Below, one piece after another: positions 10,952 to 23,760 of a DNA stretch of 64,000 nucleotides; position 1 is the stretch's first letter, and every line of letters begins with the position of its first letter. Made by a program: the position numbers and the translations under genes. This DNA comes from Halichondria panicea (taxonomy: Eukaryota): NCBI RefSeq assembly GCF_963675165.1, contig NC_087392.1, positions 142,022 to 206,021 on the forward strand, in the 5' to 3' direction. The notes below the pieces were generated by a model. It saw only the letters and a list, made by a program, of their open reading frames with translations, ran no database searches and was not told the origin of the DNA.

Positions 10952-11199
10952 GTTCCAGCTTCAAATGCAGTCTCCCAGTGGCAACGTCCTGACCCCTAAT
11001 TCCTCCAACACTGTCACACAGGTCATCACTATCAACAACCCGGAGAAAGTGAGCCTAACACTGTAGCTCTATAGCATCTCTTACCCCGCCCCCCCAGACC
11101 CCGCTGAGGATGCGAGTGAGGATCACATACTCCATCAACGGGAGCCCAGTGCTGGAGCAGGGAGAGCTCAACAACTTCCCAGAACAGCTGTTACTATAG
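4803..11199 (+). CDS. AP1G1: AP-1 complex subunit gamma (gamma-adaptin), complete multi-exon gene of about 20 exons, from ATG at 4803 ([38 protein letters not shown]) to stop TAG at 11197-11199. Includes trunk, Pro/Ala-rich hinge (10220-10430) and gamma-ear appendage (10620-11199).
   Basis: Exon translations align along the length of gamma-adaptin. Examples are '[16 protein letters not shown]', '[35 protein letters not shown]', '[18 protein letters not shown]', '[22 protein letters not shown]', '[24 protein letters not shown]', and ear-domain '[10 protein letters not shown]'. Confidence 0.9.
5608..5887 (-). mobile_element. MITE family copy (about 280 bp, one TIR truncated) in an AP1G intron.
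   Basis: Shares termini (ctttgaacggccatag...) and the internal 'tgattttctgaaagcttagaa' / 'ccatgggctat' blocks with the copies at 16594, 19508, 36185-37522 and 55271. Confidence 0.7.
6352..6443. repeat. (CA)n microsatellite, about 45 units, intronic (AP1G).
   Basis: Direct reading. Confidence 0.95.
7746..8797. repeat. Minisatellite of about 24 units of 42 bp (tgtaccatgtatataacctactgtaaccctccctccctacag). It ends exactly at the 3' splice site of the AP1G exon starting 8798 and is interrupted by a MITE at 7825-8058.
   Basis: Direct reading. Each unit ends in a pyrimidine tract plus cag, and most units are 42 bp and stop-free in the exon frame. Confidence 0.95.
7825..8058. mobile_element. Stowaway-like (Tc1/mariner-type) MITE of 234 bp. 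It has perfect 24-bp TIRs (ccgtatagcgcgaaattttcgagg / cctcgaaaatttcgcgctatacgg) and a TA target-site duplication, and is inserted into one unit of the 42-bp minisatellite.
   Basis: The TIRs are read directly. The flanking 'ccatgta|...|tataacc' restores the minisatellite unit with a TA duplicated. Confidence 0.75.
9188..9406. repeat. Minisatellite of about 11 units of ~20 bp (atgttaactagtgccccccc). It abuts the 3' splice site of the AP1G exon starting about 9414.
   Basis: Direct reading. Confidence 0.9.
9695..9878. repeat. Compound (TG)n/(TGCG)n microsatellite in an AP1G intron.
   Basis: Direct reading. Confidence 0.95.
10886..10948. repeat. (CA)n microsatellite, intronic (AP1G ear region); a shorter (CA)n lies at 10546-10568.
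   Basis: Direct reading. Confidence 0.95.
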
Positions 11200-11489
11200 G
11201 AACTGGCTCTACCTAGTTCGTGTTTTGTTTTTAAAGCAGCCAATTGAGAGATTTTGTATTACGTTGTCTTATTAATAATTATAGATCACTTGTCTTAGGA
11301 ATATTTGACTGAAATGTTTTCTTCAATAATAATTATGTATTGTCATGTTCAACTTTGTTCAATGTATATAATTATTGTGTCTTCTTATACATTATGTAGT
11401 CATGTAATATCTAATAACATGTAAACGCTGGGGGATGAACAGACAATGCACCTGTGACATAAATAATGACTTGACTGAATGTACATGTA

Positions 11490-12735
11490 TTAACTCTGGT
11501 AGGGCGGAGCTGGTACTGGGGAGAATGTGTCATAATAGTCCGGGTAGGGGGGAGGGTAGTGACCGTCACTATAGTAATACGGTGGGAAGTGAGGGGCCTG
11601 ATGCATGTACCAGGACGATGGTGGTGGTGGTACAGCCTCGGCCTCTACTGGGAGGGGGGCACCTTGGGCCTTTACTGGGCTTGCTTCAGTGGAGCTGGAG
11701 GGTCTGCATGAGGAGGAGTGTGATGGAGTAACAGAGCAACTACTCACACATTAGCTAATGTTCTTATTCACATAATACAATATGGCTATCATGGGTACAA
11801 TGTCACCCACCCTGCAGACGACGATGGCTTGTCTGGGTTGGGCAGGAAAGCTTTAGCAAAAGGATTATGCTTGATCTTCATCTGAGTAATCTACAAACAC
11901 AAATTTAATACAAACAACAGTAGAGTTGTCATCACCTACCAAGTCGTTCTGGTAGGCTGTAACTGCTATAAACTGTGTCTCGGGTAACTCGTGCTCATAT
12001 ATCTCCAGTGAAGGTGTTGCGTCAGTGCAGCTGGCTTCTGTCTGAGTGTGCCCTTGCTGTGGACACACCTTCACCAGGTATGCTACAGGCTGGTAGCGAT
12101 GCAAAGACGACAATTTCACCTGCAAAAACGTACATTTTTAGTGTAACGAAATGTTGTCATATTTTGTCCTCACCTTGCCTCCGTCATTGTCCTTGTTTGA
12201 TAGTTTCAGCTTTGAGAACCCGACTGGACTTTGCTTCATCCATCCTTCCCCAGAGGCCGGGGGGAGCGTGTAGATACAGCCGTCTGTTGGCCCGGCCTCA
12301 CAAGTCACCCCTCTAATCACCGGCTCACTACCTGTCCACTCTCCATTGAGGAACCGCCAGCGACAGCTGTCCTTGACTCGGAGTGCAAGGAGGAGATGGT
12401 ACGTTGCCAGAGGGTCTAAATCTTCAAGACTCAACTGGATGAGCGGAAACATCCTCCTGCAAGGATAGTGATAGTCTTACACATGAATAAAAATATCAGC
12501 AGCAGGGGATTATGTTAATAATTATGCAGATGTACAGACTGCTATCTCACCTGCCTGCCTTGGTGATAATCATTTCATTGGTATGCTGATGGAACTCTTT
12601 CCAGAGCTCCAAGTTGTCTAGCTGCAGTGAGTGTTGCTTTTCTGGGCATGTGCGAGTTGTCTGCTCAGCCAGAGCTGTGTCTAGCTGCACTAGACTGACT
12701 TCACCTTGTTGCAGAGCCTCCTGGAAACACTCCAT
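11490..12735 (-). CDS. T-box transcription factor, divergent T-domain, at least 4 exons. Start codon at 12735 (MECFQEALQQGEV...). T-box exons span 12547-12610, 12170-12452 and 11800-12125. A P/Y-rich C-terminal ORF at 11490-11747 carries PPxY-like motifs; its junction to the T-box exons is unresolved.
   Basis: T-box hallmarks on the minus strand: [81 protein letters not shown]. Confidence 0.7.
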
Positions 12736-13046
12736 ACTGTAGCAGCTAGCTATAATTAGTTCACTCCAAAGCTAGATAGTTCAGCAAGCTATAGAAAGCA
12801 CACATCTTCTTTGCACAATCATATTCTCCATATTAGTCTAGCTGGCTCCTCCACTGTTATTCTTGTCATTTATAATTATGAATAATAAGGTCATGTATTT
12901 ATTAGGTACATGCAACATGTTGAGAATGCTAATGAATATAGAATATACACACACATAACTATCAATGTAATACACACAGAAAAAACATTGTTAAAAGATT
13001 TGATTTTGTGTAAAAGTGTCTTGTCTACCTATAAGTATTTTGAGTG

Positions 13047-15583
13047 TTACAAAAGCAAATCTGAAGCTTTTAGTTCTAATTCAATCTTTAGTTCAATCTC
13101 TCCCTTGGCAACGTCCTCCAGTAGCAACCGTTTAGTCCAGGGACTGTCCCCATCTCTGAACAAGTCCTTTAGTGACAACTTGGCAGCACCGAGGAAATCT
13201 GGAGGGGAGGAGGGATGCTAGGGTAGCCATTGTAGGTAATGTCGGTGTGTGTGAGCTCACCATTTGGAGAGAAGAGGTCTTTATCAAACACAGATACTTC
13301 CAACTCATCCTTGTTGATGTCATGCACATAGAACTCCAACTGTGTAGAACAATCACAGCAGCACATAATAATGGCTACATTAGAGGGCTAGCACAACAGT
13401 TGACTTACTGTGTGGTTCCACTTTGGGTTGAGGGAGAGGGGTACAGTGGGTGTGGTCTGCTCTTGCTGCCTACCCAGTGTCAGGACACAGAATGGATCAC
13501 TCTTGCCGTTGGGGTCCTTGGCCAGTAAGTCAGAGGCCTCCACCACCGTCACCTTCAGGAACCCAACACTGTCCTTCATTGTACGCAGTCCTGGACGGAG
13601 GAATGCGTGTACTAGTACTATGCTAGTGAAAAACCTTTACAAATGAGCCAAATCAACTGATACATTGATACCTAAGTATTGTAATCAGGATCGATTGTGA
13701 TGTCATACAAGCACTGTATGGGTACATTTGCGATCTTATTATAGGAAAGCCTCATCACCACTTCCAGCCCCTGTACTCCACACACCACTCACTCTGTTCC
13801 CTCTTCTCTCTCTCCATCTTCTTCTTAGTGGTGACAAAGTCCAGACAAGCCTTTGTGATGATCTTGAGCCATTGATCTCTCTTATGATCACTGTCTGCCC
13901 TCAGAGGAATGTCTTTGTCTGCCCTCAGAGGAATGTCTTTGTCCTCTGAACCATGTGTCAGTAGGAACACGGACGGCCCTGTGTGAGGTGTGGAGTTGGT
14001 GAGGAGTGTGTGAGGTGTGGAGTTGGTGAGGAGTGTGTGTGGGTGTGGAGTTGGTGAGGTGTGAGGGTGTTAGGAACTCACCGTACTGATCGTTTGAACC
14101 TTTCTTCACTCGTAGAGTCTCCAACAGGAAGGGCTGCACACACACACACACAGTGTGTTATTATGAGGCACATGTACAGCACATATATACATGCAGGAAG
14201 TGGTCCTATCAAAGCTGTGGATTTGACACATCCTAACCATATGATAGGCCTGCCAAATAGCTACAAAATACATTTTTTAGACTAGAAATTGGACGCTCGT
14301 AACTCAAGTTATGGACAATAAATTTCACAAATACAACAACATAGAATACACTAAGTCACCTGGCGATACATCTGGAACTCGTTCTTGCCAAAGGGCTCGA
14401 GGTCAGTGGGTGCAGCTGCTCGTGGGAAGAATAGCTTTGGTTTGACCATGAGCAGGAAATCGTTGAATAGAAACGCCAACACATCCTTAGCACCACGAAT
14501 CTGGGACAAGCACAACACACACAATCACAAACAATATATATGTATGGAAACAGTGTGTGAACAGGATGGTCCTGTACTACTACATGTAGGTAGGATTGAA
14601 GCTTAGCAAATCTTCCCAAGGAGCTGAAAATCACATCTTCTTAATTAACTATTCAAAATCCATCCACACACACACGCACACCTTGAACAGCTTCCCCCAG
14701 TGTAGCAGTCGCCGGGAGCCCATGAAGTTAGTGGCAGAGTTGAAGACTAATCTCTCATCTAGAGAGAAATGGATGTGTGTCTGTAGCCATTCGAGTTGTT
14801 CCGTGTTCTCTTTACGTCTAACGGCCTCGTTGACTTGATCACACAGCTTCTCAGCATGGTCCAGTGCCTTACGGAGGTCATCATGATCGAACTCTCCCTC
14901 CTCAGTATAGCTCAGGATCTGAATGGCAGGAGGTAGCAGTACTAACAAACCTGGTACAATACAACATCTAAAATCTTAAGTGATAATCCTCTTTTTAAAG
15001 ACAAAGAAATTCAGCTAAATTATCAGGGGCAAGATAAACTGACCCTCTTAATGAGGAGGGGGTACTTGGTGACCCTCTGCATGGGCTTGAGGAGGAAGCT
15101 GCTCAGGGGAAGTCCCCCAGTACGACTGTCTGTCTTGCATTTCTGCTCAAACTCTCTAAACGTCGGGTCACTTGACTTCTGCTGGAGGAGGGTACATGCG
15201 TTGAGCTGACAGCTGCACCAGCGGACGTGTGGAGTTAGCTCTGGTATCTGATTGACCAGGACATCTCCGATACTCTTGACAATGGCCCCAGAAGTTCTGA
15301 GTCGAACCATAAAAGCTTTAAGAAGCTCTCCACTACATTTGATGAGCTCGTCCCAGTTGACCATCACCTTGGCGATGTCCTCCTCTGAGAGAGCGTTGGT
15401 TTCATACATTGGATCAAAGAATACTTCTTTGACTAGTTTGAGACTTGTGGTGTAATGACGTTCAGAGGTGAGTAGCTCAAAGATGGCTTCTTGTCTCTTT
15501 CTCTCTTGATCAGTGACGGCAGCTAGTACCTCACTGCTTACCGAGTCAGCCCCTGTGTGTGTGTGTGTGGGTGTGGGATAGTG

Positions 15584-15614
<31 letters not shown>

Positions 15615-18600
15615 TGTGTGGTGTGGGTGTGGTGTGTGTGTGTGGTGTGGGTGTGTGTGTGATAGTGTAGCCTTACAATATCACAAATACACGGAAACCT
15701 TATATCATGCCATTCATTGTAATGCTTCAACAATGCTTCAACATAACGATGCATTTCACTACATGAACCACCACTACCACATCAACCAACAATGCCATTA
15801 ATTCATAATTAACTCCACTTGCACACACAGCAGTGAGTGCGCTAGCAGATGTTCAAATTTACCACACACAAGACTAATGAATGATTATATTGATGGGATA
15901 GTGTCTATAGCTAATGAATATTGTTACAGTATGAATTCACACACATCTAGTGGGCTCTGCGGAGGGGGCTTGCTCCATGAGAGGCTGGACATAGTTGGAG
16001 GGGAAGAGTCCAGACTCTCCATTGAGCTCCCCTCTCCACCAGTCACCGTCCTTACTGAGCACTGTCACCACGCTGCCTTTGGGAAAGCTCAACTCATCTT
16101 CTGATTGGGCGCTGTACGTGTAGAGTGCCAACACGAGGTTCTCAGACCCCCCACTAGGGCGGTCCTCCAGGACCTCCAGCAGAGGCTGTGGGGGGGGAGG
16201 GTTGAATTGATAAAGTCAAACACTTGAGGCTTAGCCACATTAAACGGAGCAAATAGTACAATTAATGTGCATATTGTGTGTCTAGTGACAGTGACTCACA
16301 CTCTTTGCTCTGATTGGTTGATTGTTTGTGCTGTTCTTCTTGTGTCCCAGTGGCTCTACCCTATTGGCTGGGAACCATCCTCTCATTCGCTGCCTCCCTC
16401 GTACTTGTTGCTCCCCCTCCCACCAGCCATTGCTAGCTTGCTTGGACACCTGCGCACACACACACACACACACAATATAACAGATATAGCCTTAGGCACT
16501 ACAATAATGCCACATGTTGTAACAAGAAACTGGAAAAATAAGCAGAACGGACAGTAGAATGGAAATTGGAACTTTCTACTTCCATTCTACTGTCTTTCAA
16601 CAGCCGTAACTTGATCCGATTTTCAAAATTTTATGATTTTCTGAAAGCTTAGAAAGAGACCTTTCAATTGATGTATTTCGATCCAGAATTTCGTCCGGGC
16701 CTTAATTTGTCATTTTTCGGCCTTGGACCATGGGCTATTTATTATTCATGGTATGGCCAAATTGACAAATACTTTTATCCCCTAAATATGAAAATTAATG
16801 ACACCATTTGAAAGGTATCTTTCTAAGCTTTCAGAAAATCAAAAAATCATTGAAATTGGATCCACGGAATTCAAGTTATGGCAGCTGAAAGATTTCCCGA
16901 ACCATTATACCTTGATAAGATCTCCAGGCAGCAGAGAGAGTTGCCCATCCTTCAGAGCCTGGAATGCCACCACCACTTTAGCAACAATGGGTTTAGTGAG
17001 GCTGTTCACTTCACCCTGTGTGGGGGCGGGTTGTGGAGTGGGTGTGGTCTCTAGGGGGGAGCTCTGTGAGCGTGGGGGGGCCAACTCGTAGCGAGGCTGG
17101 ACGTAGTTAGAGGGAAAGCTTCCAGCCACTCCATTCAATACTCCACTCCACCAGTCACCCTCACACACCGTCACCTGCAGCCATCGTGGTTAGTAAAGAC
17201 ACAGTTTTGATTACTTAGGCGCTAAAAAAGAATGATCAAAGCTTTCCATTCTCATAATTGGGCACTTAAAAAATTAGTAGTTACTATCAAGACAAGTCAC
17301 AAGACTCGTACCTCGATTACATCTCCTGCTCTGAAGTTGAGGTCTCCCTCGGCTGCATTCTCGTAGTCGTAGATAGCCTCGTACACCTGATTGATCGGAG
17401 CATTCTGATTGGTCGACTCAGCCAGAGGTAGCAATGGAGCAACGGTAGCAGCAGCCTCTGATATTAAACTGAGTGAGGATAAGGATTATAATAGCAAGAG
17501 ATCAACACAACAGCGTCTCACCTGTCCTCCTCAGTGGTTGTCTTGTCGTCTTTGGTTTCCTCCAATTTGACGAATGTCCGTGGGAACCATCCGACCTGCC
17601 CATCCCTCTCCCCTGACCACCACTTGTCTCCCTGCTGTACGATGGCAATCCTCTCATCCTTCACAATCGAGAGGTGGTTGTCCTTTGACCCCTGCCACGA
17701 GAACAGCACTGTCGCCATCAAAGTGGGCGGGGCTAGAGAAGAGAAAGTAGCATATACAATCATTCGTAGACTACACGTGGGATCAAGCTAAAACATGTAT
17801 TCAGTAGCTCCAACAGATACATGTACCGATCAAATGGTGTGCTTGGATCAAATACATAAATTGTCGACCAAAACCAAAGCTAAGGCGTGGCCTTGTGTTC
17901 TTTTTCCAACTGAGGCCTTTGGTAACTAACTACATTTGCAAGCATTGCCTTGCATGAAAGGTACCAACTAAACACACACAAACTATCACTCACATAGAAC
18001 TCTCTCCTCTGCGATAACTTCAGTCTCGACCTTTGTCTCCTCCTGTAGATATGACTCCGGTGCCCACCCACTCTCCCCGCTAGCGACAATACTGACCATG
18101 AGCCAGCCAGGGGGTGCAGTTACAGAGGGGTCAGAGGTCACCAGGTCACCCTCTTGTAAGTTCACTTCACTCGGGTCGGTTGTTTCGTAGTTGAACACTG
18201 CACGATAGCGCACTTGATGGGCTTCACCAGTTGAACTTTGACCCATGTCGGAGGTTGGAACTTGTTGGGTTTCAGCAATTGAACTTTGACCTGTGTCGGA
18301 GGTGGGTACAACGGATTTTTTGGGGCCTGTTAGAGAACGGGGGATGGCGTAGATTGCCGAGTCATCAGAAATGTGTTGGTCTTCGGAAAATGGCGACACT
18401 TCCACACCTCCATCACCAGTAGGGCTGACCACCACATGGTCGATGATAGGGGGTGGGGTCTCGTTGCCAGCCCCGCCCACTTCTGGCTTGATGGGTGTGA
18501 GGATCTGAGAAGTATCTTGTTTGAATTGACGAGCACCAACTAAAGTACCAGTCGATCTACTGTCCCAAGATGACATGAGATCTACGAGCTTGTTAGAGGT

Positions 18601-21600
18601 GGGCGTGGCTGTTTCCTTGTATGGCTGCGGGGGAGCGGGGCGTGGCTTGATGATATTCTTGAGTCTGTGAGCATAGGGGAGTGGCTTGGAGGGTGGGGCT
18701 CCGTCAGAGAGCTTCTTGTCAGACTCCTGTGTACATAAACAATGTAACAACAAACCATGGAATATAGAGTACAAGAGAGTACATTCTTGTGGTGGTTCTA
18801 AAGGCTGGGCACTACAGTCCCTCACACATAAGCCACATGGGCACTATAGTCCCTCACACATAAGCCACATGGCTAATATGGTGGATCTTGTAACGCTAAG
18901 CATATAAATGAATTGTGGAAAATTTCACAAAGAGAACACAACACACCTTTTCCAGCAGCTTCTGTTTCCGCGCCTGAAGCTCCTGCACCTTCCGCAACAC
19001 TTCCTTGTCCTTTGCTGCCTCCTCCTTCTTGCTCTTTTTGGTCAGTGCGGGGCTGTTTGAGGAAGGAGGTGTGGCCTTCTTAGCGGTGGGGGGAGAGGAC
19101 TTGGCTGCACTCAGGTCCGCCTGCAGAAACATGAGAGTATAAAGAACGCCATTGTATCAATGTGTATAGTGTACACACCATAACAGAGTCCAGAGCAGCT
19201 TTCTTTTTAGCCATTTCTTGGTCTCTTTTGATCTTAACCAGCCTCTCCTCTCGTCTAGCTCTCTCCTCAACCTCTCGTTGGATCCTCTCCTGCTCTTCCC
19301 TCTTCCTGCGTTCCTCCGCTGCTCTCTGCTCTCGTTCCTCTGCCTCTCGTTGTTGCTTCTCCTGACACGCCCGCTTACGAGTGTCCACCAAGATACTCAG
19401 CTGGTGAACTTTGATCTCCTCCGACTGGTGGGTGGAGTTTAGACCCTGTGTGGAGAAGTGGTGTGACCTCAGTTACCGCTAGCATAGTAACCAAAAAATG
19501 CTACTACTGGATCCAATTTCAACATTTAATTCTGAAAGCTTCTTTCAAATGGTATCATCAATGTTCATGAGATGACAGAATTTGCCAATTTCAGCCAAAT
19601 ACCCATGGTCAAAGGCCGAAATATGATAAATTACGGCCCCAACCGAATTTTGGATTTCAACACATCATTTGAAAGGTCTCTTTCTAAGCTTTCAGAAAAT
19701 CATAAAATTGTTGAAATTGGATCAATGATACAAAAGTTATGGCTGCTGAAAGATGTTCAAGTACATGACTGTACATAATGTACGTACATTGTGTACATGT
19801 AACACCCCCACCTTCAGAATGTGCTGGTACTCCAGGAAGGAGGACCTTAGTTTGTCAGCCTCTTCTCTGTTGTGAGTTAGGTTGGTCCTCAGACCAGCCA
19901 TCAGTGCAGCCAGACCCATCACCTGATCATTGAGGGCCTTCCTGGACAACTGAAAATCAGAACCCTCTGCTCGCTGCTCTAGGCTAGACTGTAGTGCACC
20001 TCGTTGTTGGTGAAGAGAGAGCACTTGTGCCTGAAGACTCTGTGTGTGTGGTGTGTGTGTGGGGGGGGGGGCTAGAGCTAGTGATAGCTGTACATGTGGG
20101 CATAAGAAATTGTCATTAGCTCACAGTGAACATGTACAAAAGATATTGTATTTTTCAACCCACGATTAAAAGGGGGGGGCACTTACATTTAGTTCTCCCC
20201 GTGCCTTCCGCAACTCCTCCAGCCGCACTTCCCTGGACAACTGCAGTGTCCTGATGACCTTGCCTATCTCCACACAGGCCATCCTCTGCCTCTCAACGCT
20301 GGCTTGTGTCCCAAGGCGTCGCTGGTCCAACACCATCAGTTCCTGCTCCAGCCTCAAGTGCTGGTCTTTCAATATCTGTAGGGAATTTCTCTCCTTGATA
20401 CGTTCCCCTTCCAGCTCAGCTTGTCTCCTCCTGGCCCATTCTTCCTTCCTCTTTCTCTCCATCTCTCTTTGGGCGACTTCTCTTTGGAGCGCTAGTTTCT
20501 GCATTTGTAAAACGCGCTCTTTTTCGATCTCCATGGCTTTTTGTCGCTGCCTCTCTAGCTCAGCTTGGCGAGCTTGTTCTGCCTCACGCCTGCAGGGAAT
20601 AGCATCATGTGATAGCATCATGTGATAGCATCATGTGATAGCATCATGTGATAGATCTCTAACAGAGCTACATACACTGGGAGTGTGTACTCCTACAACG
20701 ACTGTAGACATGGCATCACACATTATGATTATGGTACATGTACACTCGTGCTACTTACTCTTGTTGCAACCTTCTTTCTTCCTCTTCTCTTCGTCTCCGT
20801 TCTTTCTCAGCCTGCCACACACAACAATACACTGGTCAGTCATGTGCCCAGAACACACACACACACACAACAATACACTGGTCAGTCATGTGCCCAGAAT
20901 GTTAGCAGTGGCTATTTCCAATCCTAAATCACACTACTGTCCACTCACAGTGATCCTCTCCTGCTCTTCCTGTAGTGCCCTGCGTCTTCGCTCCAGTTCC
21001 ATCCGTCCAGCCTCAAAATTATTCTTCCTCCTGTCCTCGAATGTCCTCCCAGTGTCTTCAGAGGAGGTGGTGCTCTGTCTACTGGCCCAGTCCGCGGGGT
21101 CAATCACACTCGACCTCTTCTCCAGCTGTGTCAGTGATGGGGGGGGGATGGGTTACTTCCAGGATTAGTCACCGTACACACATTAGTTAGGTATCTCACT
21201 TATGTGCACAAACACACAACGTAGTACATGTACTCATGCAGTGTGATTGTGTGCGTAGTACATGTACTCATGCAGTGTGATTGTGTGCGTAGTACATGTA
21301 CTCATGCAGTGTGATTGTGTGCGTAGTACATGTACTCATGCAGTGTGATTGGAGCGTAGTACATGTACTCATGCAGTGTGATTGGAGCGTAGTACATGTA
21401 CTCATGCAGTGTGATTGGAGCGTAGTACATGTACTCATGCAGTGTGATTGTGTGCGTAGTACATGTACTCATGCAGTGTGATTGTGTGCGTAGTACATGT
21501 ACTCATGCAGTGTGATTGTGTGCGTAGTACATGTACTCATGCAGTGTGATTGGAGCGTAGTACATGTACTCATGCAGTGTGATTGGAGCGTAGTACATGT

Positions 21601-23760
21601 ACTCATGCAGTGTGATTGGAGCGTAGTACATGTACTCATGCAGTGTGATTGGAGCGTAGTACATGTACTCATGCAGTGTGATTGGAGCGTAGTACATGTA
21701 CTCATGCAGTGTGATTGGAGCGTAGTACATGTACTCATGCAGTGTGATTGGAGCGTAGTACATGTACTCATGCAGTGTGATTGGAGCGTAGTACATGTAC
21801 TCATGCAGTGTGATTGGAGCGTACACAACCATGTGAGTTATGGCCACACAACAACTGACTACATTCAATCATTGTAAACAGCTTGATAGAGCAAGAGCAG
21901 CTACTGTTAGCAATTCAACAGCTTGATAGAGCAAGAGCAGCTACTGTTAGCAATTCAACAGGGACAAGTGTATAATGATATCACACATGGTTGGAACAAG
22001 CACCGCTAGATAAAAATATCCACCTCTTAGGTCTACATTACAAGACAATGTGTGAGAATGAGGATTGAAATAAACGACCACTTAGTTACCCACTCACTGG
22101 TCTATCTGCCCTCGTGGGTGTGTGTGCCTTCCTGTCAATGGTGGCGTACTTGGTGGGTCCAGGGTACAGCTCAGCGGGTAGTGTACGAGGTAGAGTGAGA
22201 CCAGACTTCACCCTCTCAGCTAGATGCATGGCCACAACAAACTCCTCACAGGCTAGGTGGCCGTCTTGGTTGACATCGACCAGCTCCCATATCTTTGCCA
22301 GTACACCAGTGTGGAGTCCAGTCTTGGCAAACATAGGTGCTGCTTCAGCACCTGTAGGTACAATGTAGTGCAGATACAATGTAGACTGTCTGAAACCACC
22401 ATTAGACATAGACACACCAACCAGCCAAACATCTAGTCTGATGACATGTACAGTACTTGTATACTTGTGGAGTGTAAACTGTGTACAGTACTTGCAGAAA
22501 GGGGCGTATTATTGCTTACATAATGTCTATACTTGTTTGTAAGTTGATTTGGCTGACCTGAGAGTTTTCCAGTATTTCTTTTGTCGAGTGTATTGAACTG
22601 CATAGTGTATCTACGTCGGTCCTGAGTTGAGAGGGACCACCCCTCCTTCATTGTCGCCATGGATACACCCACCCCCACTCCGAGGGGTGGAGTTTGCTGT
22701 CTCAGTATTTTCGGAGAGGCCCATGATTGAGAGAGAGGGTTCACTGAGGTTGTCGGGAATGAGGCAAACTGGACACGGGGAAATACACAAGTGTATAGAA
22801 TGTTTTGGATAAAGTAGCTCTTAGTAATGTAAACCAAAGCAACGCATGACTGCACATGTGCATTAGCAAGGAGCTGTCCATTCAGCACAGACTAGTGTAC
22901 CACCCACACCACACCACACACTCACGCCCACCACACACTCACACCACCCACACCACACCACACACTCACGCCAGTAGCTGGTAGGGAGGTGTTGAGGGAC
23001 TCTTGTTTGGCATGTCTTATGAGAGTCAGTGCCATGAGGAACTGAGGCTGATTGATACGGCCATCACCATCTTGATCCACCGATGTCCTGAGGGGAGGGG
23101 CAGTTACACCAGCTAACAGTACGACTACACCCACACCACACTCCCGCCCACACCACACACTCCCGCCCTTGGTCCACCGATGTATTGAGAGGAGAGTTAC
23201 ACCCACTCCACAATCAAAGGACACACTACTAACAGTACGCCCACACCACACACTCCCACCCACCATATCTGCGCCAGCCTCTGCTGTGGGAGACCTGACG
23301 ATCGGAAAGTCAGTCTGACTTGCTCTCCTACAATGAACAAGAAAGGAAAACATGAATGAACAGGAAATCATCTTTTGAGCGATATCCTTGTTATTGGGAG
23401 TGTTTGGAAATACATTGCACACCAAACAGGAGGATTAGTATTAGTCAGGAGTTCATCGTAGCGTGGTTTGTACTACAACTGCCATTCCGATACTCCTCTT
23501 CCTGATGGTACATGTAGCTAGTGTGAGGGTGGACACGCCCACTCACCAGTGAGGAGTCCATTGACGGGGGAGAGGGAATGGAAGATGGCCTCATCATTTG
23601 GAGGCGTGGCACCTCCAAAAGCTGCACACAATCATACATACATGGCATTTCCATACTCTGACATACGTAGTAGTGTGTGTGTGTGTGTGGGTGTGTGTGT
23701 GGGTGCGTGTGTCTCACCTCCTGGGATCCCCCGCAGTGTAGACCACCCTCCAGTACTCAT
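13047..23760 (-). CDS. ITSN1: Intersectin (ITSN), multi-exon gene of about 35 exons. Stop TAA at 13047-13049. Domains by coordinate:
- C2 domain, 13047-13580.
- PH domain region, 13755-14150.
- DH (RhoGEF) domain, about 15023-15553.
- Five SH3 domains: 15937-16134, 16282-16473, 16905-17174, 17518-17763 and about 17986-18180.
- KLERQ-type coiled coil, 18896-21130.
- EH2, 22086-22888.
- EH1, 23000-23100 plus 23521-23624.
The putative start ATG at 23760 is tentative.
   Basis: Translations match intersectin across all domains:
- C2: [31 protein letters not shown] ... [22 protein letters not shown] ... [14 protein letters not shown].
- DH: [29 protein letters not shown] ... [13 protein letters not shown].
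- SH3: [15 protein letters not shown] ... [19 protein letters not shown].
- EH: [25 protein letters not shown]; [20 protein letters not shown]. Confidence 0.9.
15555..15665. repeat. Imperfect (TG)n/(GGTGTG)n microsatellite. It forms the 3' end of the intron preceding the ITSN DH-domain exon on the minus strand.
   Basis: Direct reading. Confidence 0.9.
16594..16891 (+). mobile_element. MITE family reference copy (about 298 bp). It has about 65-bp TIRs (ctttcaacagccgtaacttgatccgattttcaaaattttatgattttctgaaagcttagaaagagacctttcaa ... ttgaaaggtatctttctaagctttcagaaaatcaaaaaatcattgaaattggatccacggaattcaagttatggcagctgaaag), in an ITSN intron.
   Basis: Long terminal inverted repeats are read directly. 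There is no coding capacity. It is more than 90% identical to the copy at 55271-55567. Confidence 0.8.
19508..19753 (+). mobile_element. MITE family copy, 5'-TIR truncated, in an ITSN intron.
   Basis: Shares the internal and 3'-terminal sequence (…ttgaaattggatcaatgatacaaaagttatggctgctgaaag) with the other copies. Confidence 0.7.
21222..21822. repeat. Minisatellite of about 13 units of 48 bp (cgtagtacatgtactcatgcagtgtgattg[tgtg/gag]) in an ITSN intron.
   Basis: Direct reading. The ORF-track ORFs here are repeat artefacts. Confidence 0.95.
22905..23270. repeat. Degenerate ~20-bp tandem repeats (ccacaccacacactcacgcc) flanking both sides of the ITSN EH1 exon (23000-23100).
   Basis: Direct reading. 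Confidence 0.8.

Noticed and set aside
20254-21190. Plus-strand ORFs (123 aa, 177 aa) opposite the ITSN coiled-coil exons
   Set aside because: Antisense frames of K/E/R-rich coiled-coil coding sequence are typically open and show no domain features. The minus-strand intersectin reading is well supported.
21296-21877. ORFs with repeated [11 protein letters not shown] / [11 protein letters not shown] units
   Set aside because: 48-bp minisatellite in an ITSN intron, open in several frames on both strands.
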